From a virus: a DNA stretch of 64,000 bases. Of this stretch, positions 44,404-54,616 are shown in pieces; position 1 is the first letter of the stretch, and each line of letters opens with the position of its first letter. The notes under the pieces are model-generated. The model saw only the letters and a program-made list of their open reading frames with translations, did not search any database and was not told the DNA's origin. Where the stretch lies: the IMG/VR virus record IMGVR_UViG_3300025282_000024. One strand, 5' to 3'. The position numbers and the translations under genes were made by a program.

Positions 44404-44455
44404 TTTTTTCTCCTTTTAGTCAGCGTGATGACTCTCTCACGCTGCTGATTTTATT

Positions 44456-44484
44456 ATAATACTATAAATTGATTTCTTTGTCAA
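44456..44484 (-). promoter_or_regulatory. sigma70-type promoter for ssb
   Basis: TTGACA-N17-TATTAT. Confidence 0.7.
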
Positions 44485-45328
44485 GTCTAAAATTATCATT
44501 TTGTACCACAGAACTATTCAATAAGCCATAAATATAAGGTGTATCATAGCTTGTTGAATAAATCCCGTAGCTGACCTTTATTTTATCATACTGTTTCAAA
44601 ATTTTAAGCTGTTCTGAGATATTTTTCATTAAAGTGCCATCAGTTTTTAACATTTCTTCAGGCACTCCATAATAATAACATTTATCTCTGGGGATGTCAA
44701 GATCAAAAAATAATTTTTCTTCCCCTCCTTCATATGAAACTAAACTGAAAGTTGATATCCTAGCAGAATCCAATGTCTCATCAAAAGTGTCAATTTCAGA
44801 CTTAGAATGTTTAAAGACGTTAATCATATGCATGGTAGAAGATATTAATTCGTTCATTTGAGTGTGTATTTCTCGTAAGGGGACGTCCCCAATTATTTTA
44901 GACAACTCAACATTATCAACTAGATAAATTCTTTTAAAAAGCCCTGACCGTGCGTATTCTTGTAATACCCCAAAAATTACATTATTGTTTTTTACTTTTA
45001 GCGCAGGGAGCAAAGAACAATCTGGCCGAGCATACAAAACGCTTATATTACATTTGTGTCTTATCTGTTCCAATATTCGCAGGCTAGCGGCAGATATTTT
45101 TCCACAGCTAGTAATGAACAAGACATCCCCCTTCACATATCTAAAAAATTTTTTAAAGCTTGGACACTTCTTTTCGTATTCTTCTAAAGTTTTAAATTCC
45201 GGAAAATCAAAACAATCCTTTGAACTTTGTAACCCTTTATTGATTTTATATATTTTATATTGAGGGTACTTCGAAAAGCTAGCAGCAATATTACATCCAG
45301 CAGTTCCTAGACCGATGATCGTTTTCAT
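44462..45328 (-). CDS. tubulin/FtsZ-like protein (PhuZ/TubZ-like, divergent)
   Basis: IIGLGTAGCNIA T1 loop, YLVDN, SEID T7-like; T4 loop degenerate. Confidence 0.7.
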   Translation of the reverse strand: MKTIIGLGTAGCNIAASFSKYPQYKIYKINKGLQSSKDCFDFPEFKTLEEYEKKCPSFKKFFRYVKGDVLFITSCGKISAASLRILEQIRHKCNISVLYARPDCSLLPALKVKNNNVIFGVLQEYARSGLFKRIYLVDNVELSKIIGDVPLREIHTQMNELISSTMHMINVFKHSKSEIDTFDETLDSARISTFSLVSYEGGEEKLFFDLDIPRDKCYYYGVPEEMLKTDGTLMKNISEQLKILKQYDKIKVSYGIYSTSYDTPYIYGLLNSSVVQNDNFRLDKEINL

Positions 45329-46509
45329 GTTTTACTTTCCACCATTTCACCAAAATTTTTGCCATGGGAAACATTTACTTTAAAGTGGCCCAATTCAGTA
45401 TCCGCAAATAATTCTTTTATTTCTTGAATTATGTTCTCGTCATCATGGTGTAAATCAATTACAAGAGAGTCATGCAAACAAAAAGCAATATTAGATTTTT
45501 TATCTTTTAAATATTCCCATACTTTAATCATTTGGCGTAAAAATAGGTCAGCAGCCGTTGACTGAATAATATAATTTAATGCATGGTGATCATCCGAATC
45601 AATTATTCTATTAAAAAAGGTTGTCACTTGGCCTTCGCTGTAGTACTTTTGTACCACAAAATCTCTATCATATTCTTTATTTAAAACATAATCTTTAGAT
45701 TCAGGATTATAAAGCCAAGCAAAAACTCTCTTCTTAGCTTCTTCTCTTGTGTTGGTATTCTTAAAAACGTGCCTCATATTCCAATCGTGAATGTCTTCTT
45801 TCGGCTGATCCTTCCCTGAAAGGCTCATCATAACACGAAGCTCGGCTGCGTTATAGTCCATTTCTAAAAATGAATGGTTATTGGGCTTTAAAATCTTACG
45901 ATAACTCTTGTGTAACGTAAGAATAGGAAACTGCGTCGCCGTCAGTCTCCCCGTTTTAGTTCCAGACATGTTATAACATATATAAGGTTCCGTTGCCTTA
46001 AGTTTTTTAAGAAATTGTCTGACCTTAAAATCATATCTCCTGTTTCTCATTGAACTTAAATCAATATTTAATTTTCTATTTTTTATCTCTGTTAAAATCT
46101 TTGCAATATTAACTCTAAAGTCATAATCATCTGGCTTTTTATAGTTTTTAAACACATGAGCTGATATTTGATTTTTGATCTTTCCATACTTTAATAGTAT
46201 GTGTACAGGAAGCAAATCAAAATAACAATAATCGTTTAAATTCAATTTAACTTCTTTTGTTGAAGTGTGGAAAGCTTTCAGCTTATGTCTAATTAATTCC
46301 CACTCATCAACTAGTTGTGGGGGGCATGCTTCAGTTAAAGACTGCCCCCCACAATAATATTTGGCGTATTGAATTGTTGAAGCCGGCATACTTTCAGAAT
46401 AATCCCACGTGTGAGTGAGACTCTTTTCAGGAAGCTTTTTTGTATAAAGCTCTTCGTCAACATATACTGCAAGACAATCTTTTTTGTCATCAAATGTTTG
46501 AAAAATCAT
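45325..46509 (-). CDS. minimal family A DNA polymerase domain
   Basis: TKTGRL, motif A DYNAAELR, motif B REEAK..F..LY, NYIIQSTAAD, motif C LHDS. Confidence 0.85.
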   Translation of the reverse strand: MIFQTFDDKKDCLAVYVDEELYTKKLPEKSLTHTWDYSESMPASTIQYAKYYCGGQSLTEACPPQLVDEWELIRHKLKAFHTSTKEVKLNLNDYCYFDLLPVHILLKYGKIKNQISAHVFKNYKKPDDYDFRVNIAKILTEIKNRKLNIDLSSMRNRRYDFKVRQFLKKLKATEPYICYNMSGTKTGRLTATQFPILTLHKSYRKILKPNNHSFLEMDYNAAELRVMMSLSGKDQPKEDIHDWNMRHVFKNTNTREEAKKRVFAWLYNPESKDYVLNKEYDRDFVVQKYYSEGQVTTFFNRIIDSDDHHALNYIIQSTAADLFLRQMIKVWEYLKDKKSNIAFCLHDSLVIDLHHDDENIIQEIKELFADTELGHFKVNVSHGKNFGEMVESKT

Positions 46510-46566
46510 TTCTACCGTGCTTACCTTCTGTTCATATCTTATCTTTGGCGGTGAATTTATTCTGGA

Positions 46567-47952
46567 TCACTCTGCATCTTCAGGATCAATCTTGCCAGAG
46601 GTTTCTAGAATCTCAGTAAGGGTAATCTCCGTTGATTCATCCTCAACCTCACCATATAGTGTCACTTTAACAGGTTCCTCATAAGAATGCAAGCCAGAAG
46701 TTACACTTTTTCCAAAATATTTTATACGACGAGGATATGGAGCCCCATCCTTCGTAACATATATGTTTGATTGTTGTGTAAAGCCTTCTAGAAGCTCTAA
46801 TGCTTTTTCAATTCCTTTTTTGCTGTTAGCTCGTAAGATTTTTTTTAATTTAACTTGGTGTTGTCTTGCAGTAAATTCTTTTTGACTCTCAATCAAGCGA
46901 ATATTAAAATAATAAGGTAAGAAAAAAGAATCTGGATAATTTTTCTGAAAGTCATTATCAAAATCATCTGAAATATCTTCTAAAAATCCCTCCTTAGGGA
47001 TTGTTTTAAATTGACCGCTGGCCACATCTGCCCAGGTAGGAGGGGCACAATTTTTAATAGTATGTAGTATCCCAAACCATGTGGTATCGGCATCGAGAAC
47101 CATGGATTTATATGCATACCACATTCTAGCTTTAAAGTCATCATAAGAATAGAATTCAGACCTGTAAAAATAATCCTTAAATACGGCACCATCTTCATAA
47201 GAAGTTCCAAAAGCGGCCATATAGTTGGCAGTAACAGGATGATCCATATTAACAGCCAATCGCCAAGGACAATTCTTATCGACATAAAAACCAAAGGCTG
47301 CAGCTAATCTTGCATAATCAGTAAAAGCCTCTTTAGAAAGATATTCATCATCTTTTAAAGCGTCATCATCCATTGCCACATCTGCAATTTCAACTATTAG
47401 GCCACTAATGGCATGAGGACAAAGGGGGGACATTATAAATCCAGTTCGAGATACTGGAAATATATTTTTTATGGTAGAAGTATAATTAACAAATTCTTTC
47501 ACAAAATCGGGAAAAGTTCTTATTCGACTTTTTCGAGACGCTATAACATACTCATTTATAAAAGTATCATAAACATTATCCACAAAGTGTTCTTGATAAA
47601 GTTTGTGCATGTTCTTTGTGGCGGAGCGAGGGACAAAACCATTGGGAAATAAGTTTGCAAACCGCTGAGTTTTTGTGCGGATATTGAAATCTATTACGTC
47701 CTTAAGATCAACAAAAGCTTTTGTAGCAAAATCATGAAGTAATAAAAGCCCTTGGCCCGGAAGTTGAGTCATATTAATTTCTGTAGGATAGATCGAATGT
47801 CCCTCTTTATCAACTTTTCCATAAAAAGGCTTTTCGTAAATCATATCGAGGGGAACGGGGTCATAAATTGTAAAAGCCTTTTGCTTATAGTCCAGCCTCT
47901 CCTCAAACATTTGAGGGTTTGATAAATTATTTTTGGCTTCAAAACGACTCAT
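46567..47952 (-). CDS. hypothetical protein (end of tail/baseplate operon)
   Basis: 461-aa ORF coupled to upstream gene. Confidence 0.7.
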   Translation of the reverse strand: MSRFEAKNNLSNPQMFEERLDYKQKAFTIYDPVPLDMIYEKPFYGKVDKEGHSIYPTEINMTQLPGQGLLLLHDFATKAFVDLKDVIDFNIRTKTQRFANLFPNGFVPRSATKNMHKLYQEHFVDNVYDTFINEYVIASRKSRIRTFPDFVKEFVNYTSTIKNIFPVSRTGFIMSPLCPHAISGLIVEIADVAMDDDALKDDEYLSKEAFTDYARLAAAFGFYVDKNCPWRLAVNMDHPVTANYMAAFGTSYEDGAVFKDYFYRSEFYSYDDFKARMWYAYKSMVLDADTTWFGILHTIKNCAPPTWADVASGQFKTIPKEGFLEDISDDFDNDFQKNYPDSFFLPYYFNIRLIESQKEFTARQHQVKLKKILRANSKKGIEKALELLEGFTQQSNIYVTKDGAPYPRRIKYFGKSVTSGLHSYEEPVKVTLYGEVEDESTEITLTEILETSGKIDPEDAE

Positions 47953-50924
47953 TTCTTAGCCTGCCACGATTTTCTGTAGAGGCTGATATCCTCATCAGAC
48001 ATAAGCGAGCCGGGAAGGCTTCTGCGAATTTCTTCATCACTTGCATGCCGGGCCGCGGCAATGAGCGCTTTTTGTTTCGCATCGGCCATTTTTTTCAGGC
48101 GCTCCTGTTCAGCTAGTGATTTATCTTTAAGTTTATCAACGGCGGCGTCTTTGTTTTTTGCAAGCACGTGATCGGGAATCTGTAACACGCCTCTTATTTT
48201 TGTTTCCCAGGAATCTGCTCTAAAATTATTATCAACGGCCGTAACAATATAATAGCCCCCGTTTAAAATCCCCTCTTTCCAAAAATGTCCCCCACTTATT
48301 AAATCAGTGTTGACGTAAAACATCTGGCCAATAAAGAAAAAAGGATTACCAACGAGCCTCAATTCACAAACAAACTTAGAAGGTTGAATAATGCCCTCGC
48401 GTGAACTTTGGGCTCCTCCTGCTTGTCCATTTCTCATCAAGGCGGTTGAAAATAAAGTGTTTCCTGCTTGAGTAAAATTAATCGTTTTGAGGACTCCTCG
48501 ACGCGGACCACCCACAAAAAAATGAAATATTCCCCTTTCAAGATCTTCGGCCATATTTCCATTATATATTGATTCCCCCTTTGCTGCAATTTTTCTTTGT
48601 GCATGTAAAACAAATGTATTAGAAGTGTTTGCAATAGATGTCGTCTGTAATGTGTTTAATGATGTTTTAGGTACAGTTTTATCATCAAATGCGCGAAGCT
48701 GGATAGTGTCTCCTGCTTTTTTTAAGGGCTCAGATGGAAGATCCACAGACGTTATATCCATTTTAAAACTCACAGGAAGTAATGACGCCTGAGTGAATTC
48801 AGCAGCCTTACCAAATACTCCTTGAGTTTTGTCCATTATAAATTTGATGAGATCAAAAGTAAATTGCAAAAGGGGATAAACAGCCCTTCCGGTACCAACA
48901 ATCTTTTGGGCAACAAAAATATGAAATATTTCTAGAGAGATTGGAAGATCATATAAGCTCATTCGAGTGGCAGTTTCATCGTTGCGAGGAATATCATATT
49001 CCCCCAGCAATACTTTGAAATTTGGCGCGTCTTCCGCCAATCTTTTTCCAAAATTGCCGTTTTCCAGAATAACAGTCAGCAAATCACCAAGTCGGAAAAA
49101 ATACATTTTTTCACCTTTTTTATAGGCCGGTGTGCCCACTGTTTCCCACAAGTTTGCATCGCCGTGTTCGGTTCGTTGCCTTTGTGTTCTCCCTTTTAGG
49201 CTGCACCCCCTTTTGTTTCCTCCCGGGCGAAGCATATCTTTGGCCTTCTCTTTTGGCGTAAGAGGCTCAAGGGATGGCGCAAGGCGAGGATATAGAGTTG
49301 ACAAAAGCGCCGCGGCGTGGGACAGCATGGGGGCCCCGGATGTCTCGGATCCCGGGCTTGGGACCGCACCTCCTCCGGGCTTTTTTACTTTCTTTTGAGC
49401 CCTCTTGAGCTTTTTTTGATCCTTCTCATCGTGTGAGCCTCCAAATTTTTTAACTGCATCAAGAAGATTTGCATAATTTCCAAAATTAGAGCCGCGGCCG
49501 GTAGGAATCCAAGCCAATTTGCAGTCATCCCTCAGTTTCTCCACATACGAAAACATATGTTTGCCTTTTATACTGTTTTCATACTCTTTTATTTGTTTTC
49601 TTACTCTTCTAATCTCCTTCCTGAGTTTCCGAAGCGCTTTCTGACTAGCTCTTTTTTCCAGAGCTTTTCTAACCTTGGCCACTTTTCTTGCATTTTTTCG
49701 TTCTATTTCGCTCCTTTCCAAAAGGGATCCCTTAGTCCTCGTGGCCTGCTGTAGAGCTTCAAGCTGCGACTTCCCTTGGCGACCGGTCGCCTTATTATAT
49801 TTATTATAAGCGGTGGCTAGCTTGTCTAAAGCATCTTTAACCTTTGGATAAGTGCCCTTTGCGTCCTGTCGTGCCCCAATAGAAAGTCGAGCTTTTTTAA
49901 GTTCTTCCATCGCTCTTTGAATTGCTAATATATCTCTAAAACTACCTTCAGCGCCTGATGATTTGCCTTTAAAGCCGGATCCCGCAAAGCTATTTTCCAG
50001 CTCACGAATTTTCTTTTTAAGCCCATCCAGAGTTTTATCTCTCTCGTTTGCAGCAACAGCGGCCATTAAAATATCGGCACCAGAAAAAGTCGCCTCAAGG
50101 GCACCTTTATATTTGGCCGTAAGAACCAATGAACCATCTTCATGGAATTCCATATTATGAGTATAAAGATCGGCAGCAATTGAAACTCTGCTCTTTCGTA
50201 CTGCTTCCACAAAACCATCCGGCATATCTCCCTTTAGCGGGTTCTCCGGATTCATTGCCCAACCTAAAACAAGCCTTACTCTAAACGATCTTTTGGTTTT
50301 TCTCAAAGACTTCGGAAACCTAATTAAATCTGCAAATTGCATTTGTGTTTCGCCATCGTTCAAGGTGCCCAATGGCTCAAATAATGTTTGAACGTCATTA
50401 AAAAAATATTTAACTGTTATATCCAAAACATTTGCGGAGACTGGGTTTCGGCCGCGGCCTTCCATCTTAATATCAACTTGTTGAATTCCGGCTTCTCTGC
50501 CCCTAAAAAGTTTTCCGGATGCTATAGCGGCCTCGTGAAAATCATGAAAGTTGGAGAAAGCACCGAAAGGAAAAGCATGTTCTTCAAGATCTTTTTTCGT
50601 CGACGCATCGTTGTGTATATACACTTTAAATAATTCAATATGAGGAACGAGCTGGCTGTAATCTAGAGAAGTGCCGTTAAAAAAAGAGTGCAGACTCTTG
50701 TTTGTGGTAAGCAAATTAACTAAAGAAGTGCCCTGAGCTTTGGGCATTGCTAATTTTTTAATATAGCCGCTTTGAGAGTGTTTTGCACGAAGTGGTCCAA
50801 TCAGTTGATCTGCGCCGACCATTAAATAGCCTTGTTTCCACCATGGCTTACGCGTATTCTGCTCATAAATTCGATTAGCCGATTTGCCTTTTGGTGGCTT
50901 ACAATCTTTAGCGGTAGTCGCCAT
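47949..50924 (-). CDS. baseplate hub-like protein
   Basis: C-terminal LVGNP...GGYYIVTAV...WET pattern of gp27/gpD-like hubs; position after baseplate genes. Confidence 0.55.
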   Translation of the reverse strand: MATTAKDCKPPKGKSANRIYEQNTRKPWWKQGYLMVGADQLIGPLRAKHSQSGYIKKLAMPKAQGTSLVNLLTTNKSLHSFFNGTSLDYSQLVPHIELFKVYIHNDASTKKDLEEHAFPFGAFSNFHDFHEAAIASGKLFRGREAGIQQVDIKMEGRGRNPVSANVLDITVKYFFNDVQTLFEPLGTLNDGETQMQFADLIRFPKSLRKTKRSFRVRLVLGWAMNPENPLKGDMPDGFVEAVRKSRVSIAADLYTHNMEFHEDGSLVLTAKYKGALEATFSGADILMAAVAANERDKTLDGLKKKIRELENSFAGSGFKGKSSGAEGSFRDILAIQRAMEELKKARLSIGARQDAKGTYPKVKDALDKLATAYNKYNKATGRQGKSQLEALQQATRTKGSLLERSEIERKNARKVAKVRKALEKRASQKALRKLRKEIRRVRKQIKEYENSIKGKHMFSYVEKLRDDCKLAWIPTGRGSNFGNYANLLDAVKKFGGSHDEKDQKKLKRAQKKVKKPGGGAVPSPGSETSGAPMLSHAAALLSTLYPRLAPSLEPLTPKEKAKDMLRPGGNKRGCSLKGRTQRQRTEHGDANLWETVGTPAYKKGEKMYFFRLGDLLTVILENGNFGKRLAEDAPNFKVLLGEYDIPRNDETATRMSLYDLPISLEIFHIFVAQKIVGTGRAVYPLLQFTFDLIKFIMDKTQGVFGKAAEFTQASLLPVSFKMDITSVDLPSEPLKKAGDTIQLRAFDDKTVPKTSLNTLQTTSIANTSNTFVLHAQRKIAAKGESIYNGNMAEDLERGIFHFFVGGPRRGVLKTINFTQAGNTLFSTALMRNGQAGGAQSSREGIIQPSKFVCELRLVGNPFFFIGQMFYVNTDLISGGHFWKEGILNGGYYIVTAVDNNFRADSWETKIRGVLQIPDHVLAKNKDAAVDKLKDKSLAEQERLKKMADAKQKALIAAARHASDEEIRRSLPGSLMSDEDISLYRKSWQAKK

Positions 50925-50935
50925 TCACTTCTCCT

Positions 50936-51271
50936 TTATTCTTCTTTAAAAATATTTATTATTCGTTCAATTGGACGTGGTATCATTACCAAGTCTCCCG
51001 AATCAAAATCAGACTCTAAAGGCTTTTGATTAAACCATGGGATAATCCACCACAAAGTAGAATCGCCATAGTATTTAGCTGCTAACTTATAAAAACGAGA
51101 ACCGACTCCCCAGTATTCTTCATCATAATCCAGATCAGCAGTCCACGTAAACTTTGCGGTAGCATATTGATCTATATAATTAACATCCCTAGAAGAAAAT
51201 TGACGCACGTACCTCGGATTTGAGTTACGAAAAATTTCCCGGTTTTGATATCTTGAAAATTTATATCCCAT
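50936..51271 (-). CDS. baseplate wedge protein (gp53/LysM-like)
   Basis: LAAKYYGDSTLWWII..N....GD.V.IP. Confidence 0.8.
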   Translation of the reverse strand: MGYKFSRYQNREIFRNSNPRYVRQFSSRDVNYIDQYATAKFTWTADLDYDEEYWGVGSRFYKLAAKYYGDSTLWWIIPWFNQKPLESDFDSGDLVMIPRPIERIINIFKEE

Positions 51272-51299
51272 TAATTATTCTCCTTGTTAACACGGTGTC

Positions 51300-52223
51300 T
51301 TAAGCAACCCCCGATCCCAAATTGAAGCGTTTTAAGGCTGATTTTGCGCTAGCAACTTTGACGCGAGCCTTGGCGCCTGCTGCGGGTGGTTTTGGTGGGG
51401 TGGTTGCTTTGGTTTTTACCTTTGGAGTAGTGCCGCCGGCCGGCTTCGGCGGGTCTTTTGGCTCTGGACTAGTGCCTGCAGGCCGTTTGGGGCTCGTCTT
51501 CTTAGAGCCGGTTGATCCTTTACTCACAACTCCGGTATTATATGGAAAATTCGGTCCATATCCGTCCTCACTAAAAACACTTTTGTCGCCAACGGACGTC
51601 CAACCGACAGACTTATCGTGTATTACTTCAAAAGAAAAGCCAACTTTTACTTCGCGGGGGAGCGCTCGAATTGTGTCTTCTGGCCCCTGTCCTCCATAGG
51701 CCATGTTTCTAGCTAGTTTTCCAAGGCCGTGAGAAAATCCAGTAATAAAGCCGGTCAAGCCCTCGCCTGTATCTTCCCCAGTATGAGAATAACTACCAAA
51801 ATATTGTCCGTATTTAATTCTAAAAAAGGGAGGTGCTTTTAAAAGTGCTTGGCTACCTGCGAACCCAGAGATCCCCACCCCTGAGACTCCCGGATGACCC
51901 ACCTTTTCATATGCCGGATATAACATTTGTGTTATCTCATTAATAGTTTGAATATTGTCAATTACGCCGTCCATACCATCAAAATAATGGTGAGCCTGGC
52001 ATGAAAAATTTATTCTCATTGTACGAGCAGTATGTGCATATGTGGCAATGGGATCCATTCGTCCATATACATTTTCTTTCTTATAAGAAGGGGAAAACTG
52101 TTGGCTTACCTGCAAATTTTCCACCGGGACAGCGACGCCTGGATGCTTAATATGCAAAGGTATAATCCAAAGCGCCTTATAGGCTCTCTTTCTATTATTT
52201 CTAGAATATTCTGGTTTTCCCAT
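51300..52223 (-). CDS. tail tube initiator/baseplate protein
   Basis: VYGRMDPI.TY, LYPAY, APPFFRI; follows tape measure. Confidence 0.65.
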   Translation of the reverse strand: MGKPEYSRNNRKRAYKALWIIPLHIKHPGVAVPVENLQVSQQFSPSYKKENVYGRMDPIATYAHTARTMRINFSCQAHHYFDGMDGVIDNIQTINEITQMLYPAYEKVGHPGVSGVGISGFAGSQALLKAPPFFRIKYGQYFGSYSHTGEDTGEGLTGFITGFSHGLGKLARNMAYGGQGPEDTIRALPREVKVGFSFEVIHDKSVGWTSVGDKSVFSEDGYGPNFPYNTGVVSKGSTGSKKTSPKRPAGTSPEPKDPPKPAGGTTPKVKTKATTPPKPPAAGAKARVKVASAKSALKRFNLGSGVA

Positions 52224-52241
52224 TAGTTAAATCCCTCTATT

Positions 52242-54356
52242 TTATTGTTGAGCGTTGAGGCCCGTAATCGCTTCTGCTACTCTTTGTCCATCAATATTTA
52301 AATTAACTTGAATCTTTTTATCATTAATCCTTTGTAAAGCTGCCGTAAGCTGGACCATCCCTGCGTTATCTTGGTCGGCCCGGGCGGCCGTGTGACTTTG
52401 CATTTTAGCCAGAGATTGTTGTTGGGCAGGCGGTGCAGTGCCAACACCTGGGTCGCGGTCTGGATTGCCCACCACAGGTGACTCTCCCTTTCCTTGCGCG
52501 TGTCTAATGGTCTCTTCAGTGAACATTTGTACTGCGAACCCTGTTTTCCCAAAAATACCCAATTTAAGCAGCTCTGCTCCAATACTCTTAACAAGCCCAA
52601 ATGTACCCTGTAAGGTGCCATCAAAAGTCGCAAATTGTCTCTTTAACACATTAACTTTCGTGTTAGCCGCATTCAACGTCCCGACAACAACACTCCCCAT
52701 CGTCTTTTTAAATATATCCCCCATCTTCAGGATCTGTAAATTCACATTTCTCATCAGGCTGTTGGTGGCCTTGAAAGCTTTGCTCATTAAAAGGGCGCTT
52801 TGCTTGGAGGCTGTCAGTTGTTCAGTTATAGAAGTAGATGCATTTTTAGCTGCGTTGCTGAGTTGAGAATAAGACGCGCCCTGAGTATCAATTGATTTTG
52901 TTGTCGAATCAATATCTGTCTGCGTGCCAGAAAACATTCTAGAGGCTGACTGCACATCTGTTCCGATGGCCTTTGCAATTGCCTTTTGCTTGAACCTGTC
53001 CATCTGGTTGAATGTTTCGCCACTTTGGGTCATCATGTCTTTAAGCATTTCAATACGCTCGGACTCAGTGGCATTTACAAGATCAAGAGTGTTGAGATAA
53101 GGGCCGCCCATCATTGCATTTAAGTCACCCACAGCGCTAGCGGCTTCCTCTATATTATCAAACTGGCTCGCAACAGACATGACTTTGCCCATTTCCACCC
53201 CGGTGACCGCAGAAATTGCAGAAAGTTTCTTGAATTCTTCTCTAGCCTTGGGAAGAGGATAAGCAGCTAAATGTTCCATTGCGGCGCTAAAATTATTTGC
53301 AATAGTATCGGCACTCTGTCCAGTAACACGCCCAATATTAACCAATTCTGCGCCAAGCAATTTACCTTGTTTAATTATGCCTGAGCGTCGATATGTTTTT
53401 CCTATGACATCAAGGGCTTTACCAAAATTTTCGGCCCCCAAACCAACCTTACTAAATCTAAAGCTCATTTCTGTGAGCCCATCAACAAGTCTTGTATTCT
53501 GCTTGCGATTGGTACCCATCAACATCCCATAAGTTCGTGAAGACTTGACCATCGCTGTCATCGAGTCAGACAAATTTTTGATAGTGGCGCCAAGCATTCT
53601 GCTGCGCTTTTGCATGTTGATGAGCCGACCACTAAGATTTTTAGTTGCATTGTCGCCCCGTATCACCCCACCGGTAAATTTAGCAAAACCAGCGGTAACA
53701 TCACTTAACTCAAGATACAGCGTCTTCGCTGCCGTCAGAACCGTGCTAAAAAAATCCTTCACACCAGGAATTTTACTTGCGGCAAACGCAGCGGCAAATG
53801 AGCCGGCTGTGGCTACAAAATCGCTTTTTGCAATAGCATCGAGGCCCTTTGCGGCAGGTCCGAGAATCCCTCCAACTGCACCAGTTAAACCGGCTCCAAC
53901 CGCGACGGTGGCGCTTTGAAGTTTTTTAGCCGTGTCTATTTCTTGATTGCCAAGCGTTAGTCTTTTTTTGCTTTCTTCGGTGTTTTGTTTATTTGTTGCT
54001 AAAAGAGCTTCCTGGTGTTTTTGCAGAGCTAACGTTGCTTTAACAAGCTCGGCATTAACCTTCTTCTGCTGGTCCGTAGAATTTTTTATAAGGAGCAAAG
54101 CCTTCAAACGCGTTTTAGCAGCCTCAGAAGCTCGATTTTCATCATCAACCAAGCCCCCATAAGCCTTTTTCAAAGCGTCTGCTAGTGCTTTTTGTTCCCC
54201 AATACCAGCTTGCAAGTTTTTAAGAAAAGCGGCTGCAGCCTTATTCGCGTTATCAGCACTACCCGCAACACTTTTTAAAGTCTCGGCAAGTTTGGCTAAA
54301 TCCGCTTTTTCTAGCTGCTCAAGTAGCTGTTTTAAATTGGCTGGTGTCTCCGCCAT
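52242..54356 (-). CDS. tape measure protein
   Basis: long Ala/Gly-rich helical protein after the chaperone; ends V.LNIDG. Confidence 0.75.
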   Translation of the reverse strand: MAETPANLKQLLEQLEKADLAKLAETLKSVAGSADNANKAAAAFLKNLQAGIGEQKALADALKKAYGGLVDDENRASEAAKTRLKALLLIKNSTDQQKKVNAELVKATLALQKHQEALLATNKQNTEESKKRLTLGNQEIDTAKKLQSATVAVGAGLTGAVGGILGPAAKGLDAIAKSDFVATAGSFAAAFAASKIPGVKDFFSTVLTAAKTLYLELSDVTAGFAKFTGGVIRGDNATKNLSGRLINMQKRSRMLGATIKNLSDSMTAMVKSSRTYGMLMGTNRKQNTRLVDGLTEMSFRFSKVGLGAENFGKALDVIGKTYRRSGIIKQGKLLGAELVNIGRVTGQSADTIANNFSAAMEHLAAYPLPKAREEFKKLSAISAVTGVEMGKVMSVASQFDNIEEAASAVGDLNAMMGGPYLNTLDLVNATESERIEMLKDMMTQSGETFNQMDRFKQKAIAKAIGTDVQSASRMFSGTQTDIDSTTKSIDTQGASYSQLSNAAKNASTSITEQLTASKQSALLMSKAFKATNSLMRNVNLQILKMGDIFKKTMGSVVVGTLNAANTKVNVLKRQFATFDGTLQGTFGLVKSIGAELLKLGIFGKTGFAVQMFTEETIRHAQGKGESPVVGNPDRDPGVGTAPPAQQQSLAKMQSHTAARADQDNAGMVQLTAALQRINDKKIQVNLNIDGQRVAEAITGLNAQQ

Positions 54357-54426
54357 GTTGCAAATACCTCAAAATAATATACACCTATAAATAGTTAAAT
54401 AAAGGAAAATCCATTAATATTTGATT

Positions 54427-54616
54427 TTAACGGCGATGAGCTTCTTTTTCAGCTTCAACCTCTTTTTCTTTTTGCTCTAGTAATTTATCGAAATACCACT
54501 TGCGAAGACCAACAGGCAAATTATACAATTCTACAAGAGACCAATTACTATAATATTTCATATAGAAAAATTGCTCATACACATTTTGGATATACTCGTT
54601 AGTTAGACCAAAAAAA
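54427..54616 (-). CDS. tail chaperone extension (gpGT/gp51-like), likely via frameshift
   Basis: FFGLT..Y...WSLVELYNLPVGLRKWY; overlaps upstream ORF at T7 run. Confidence 0.65.
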
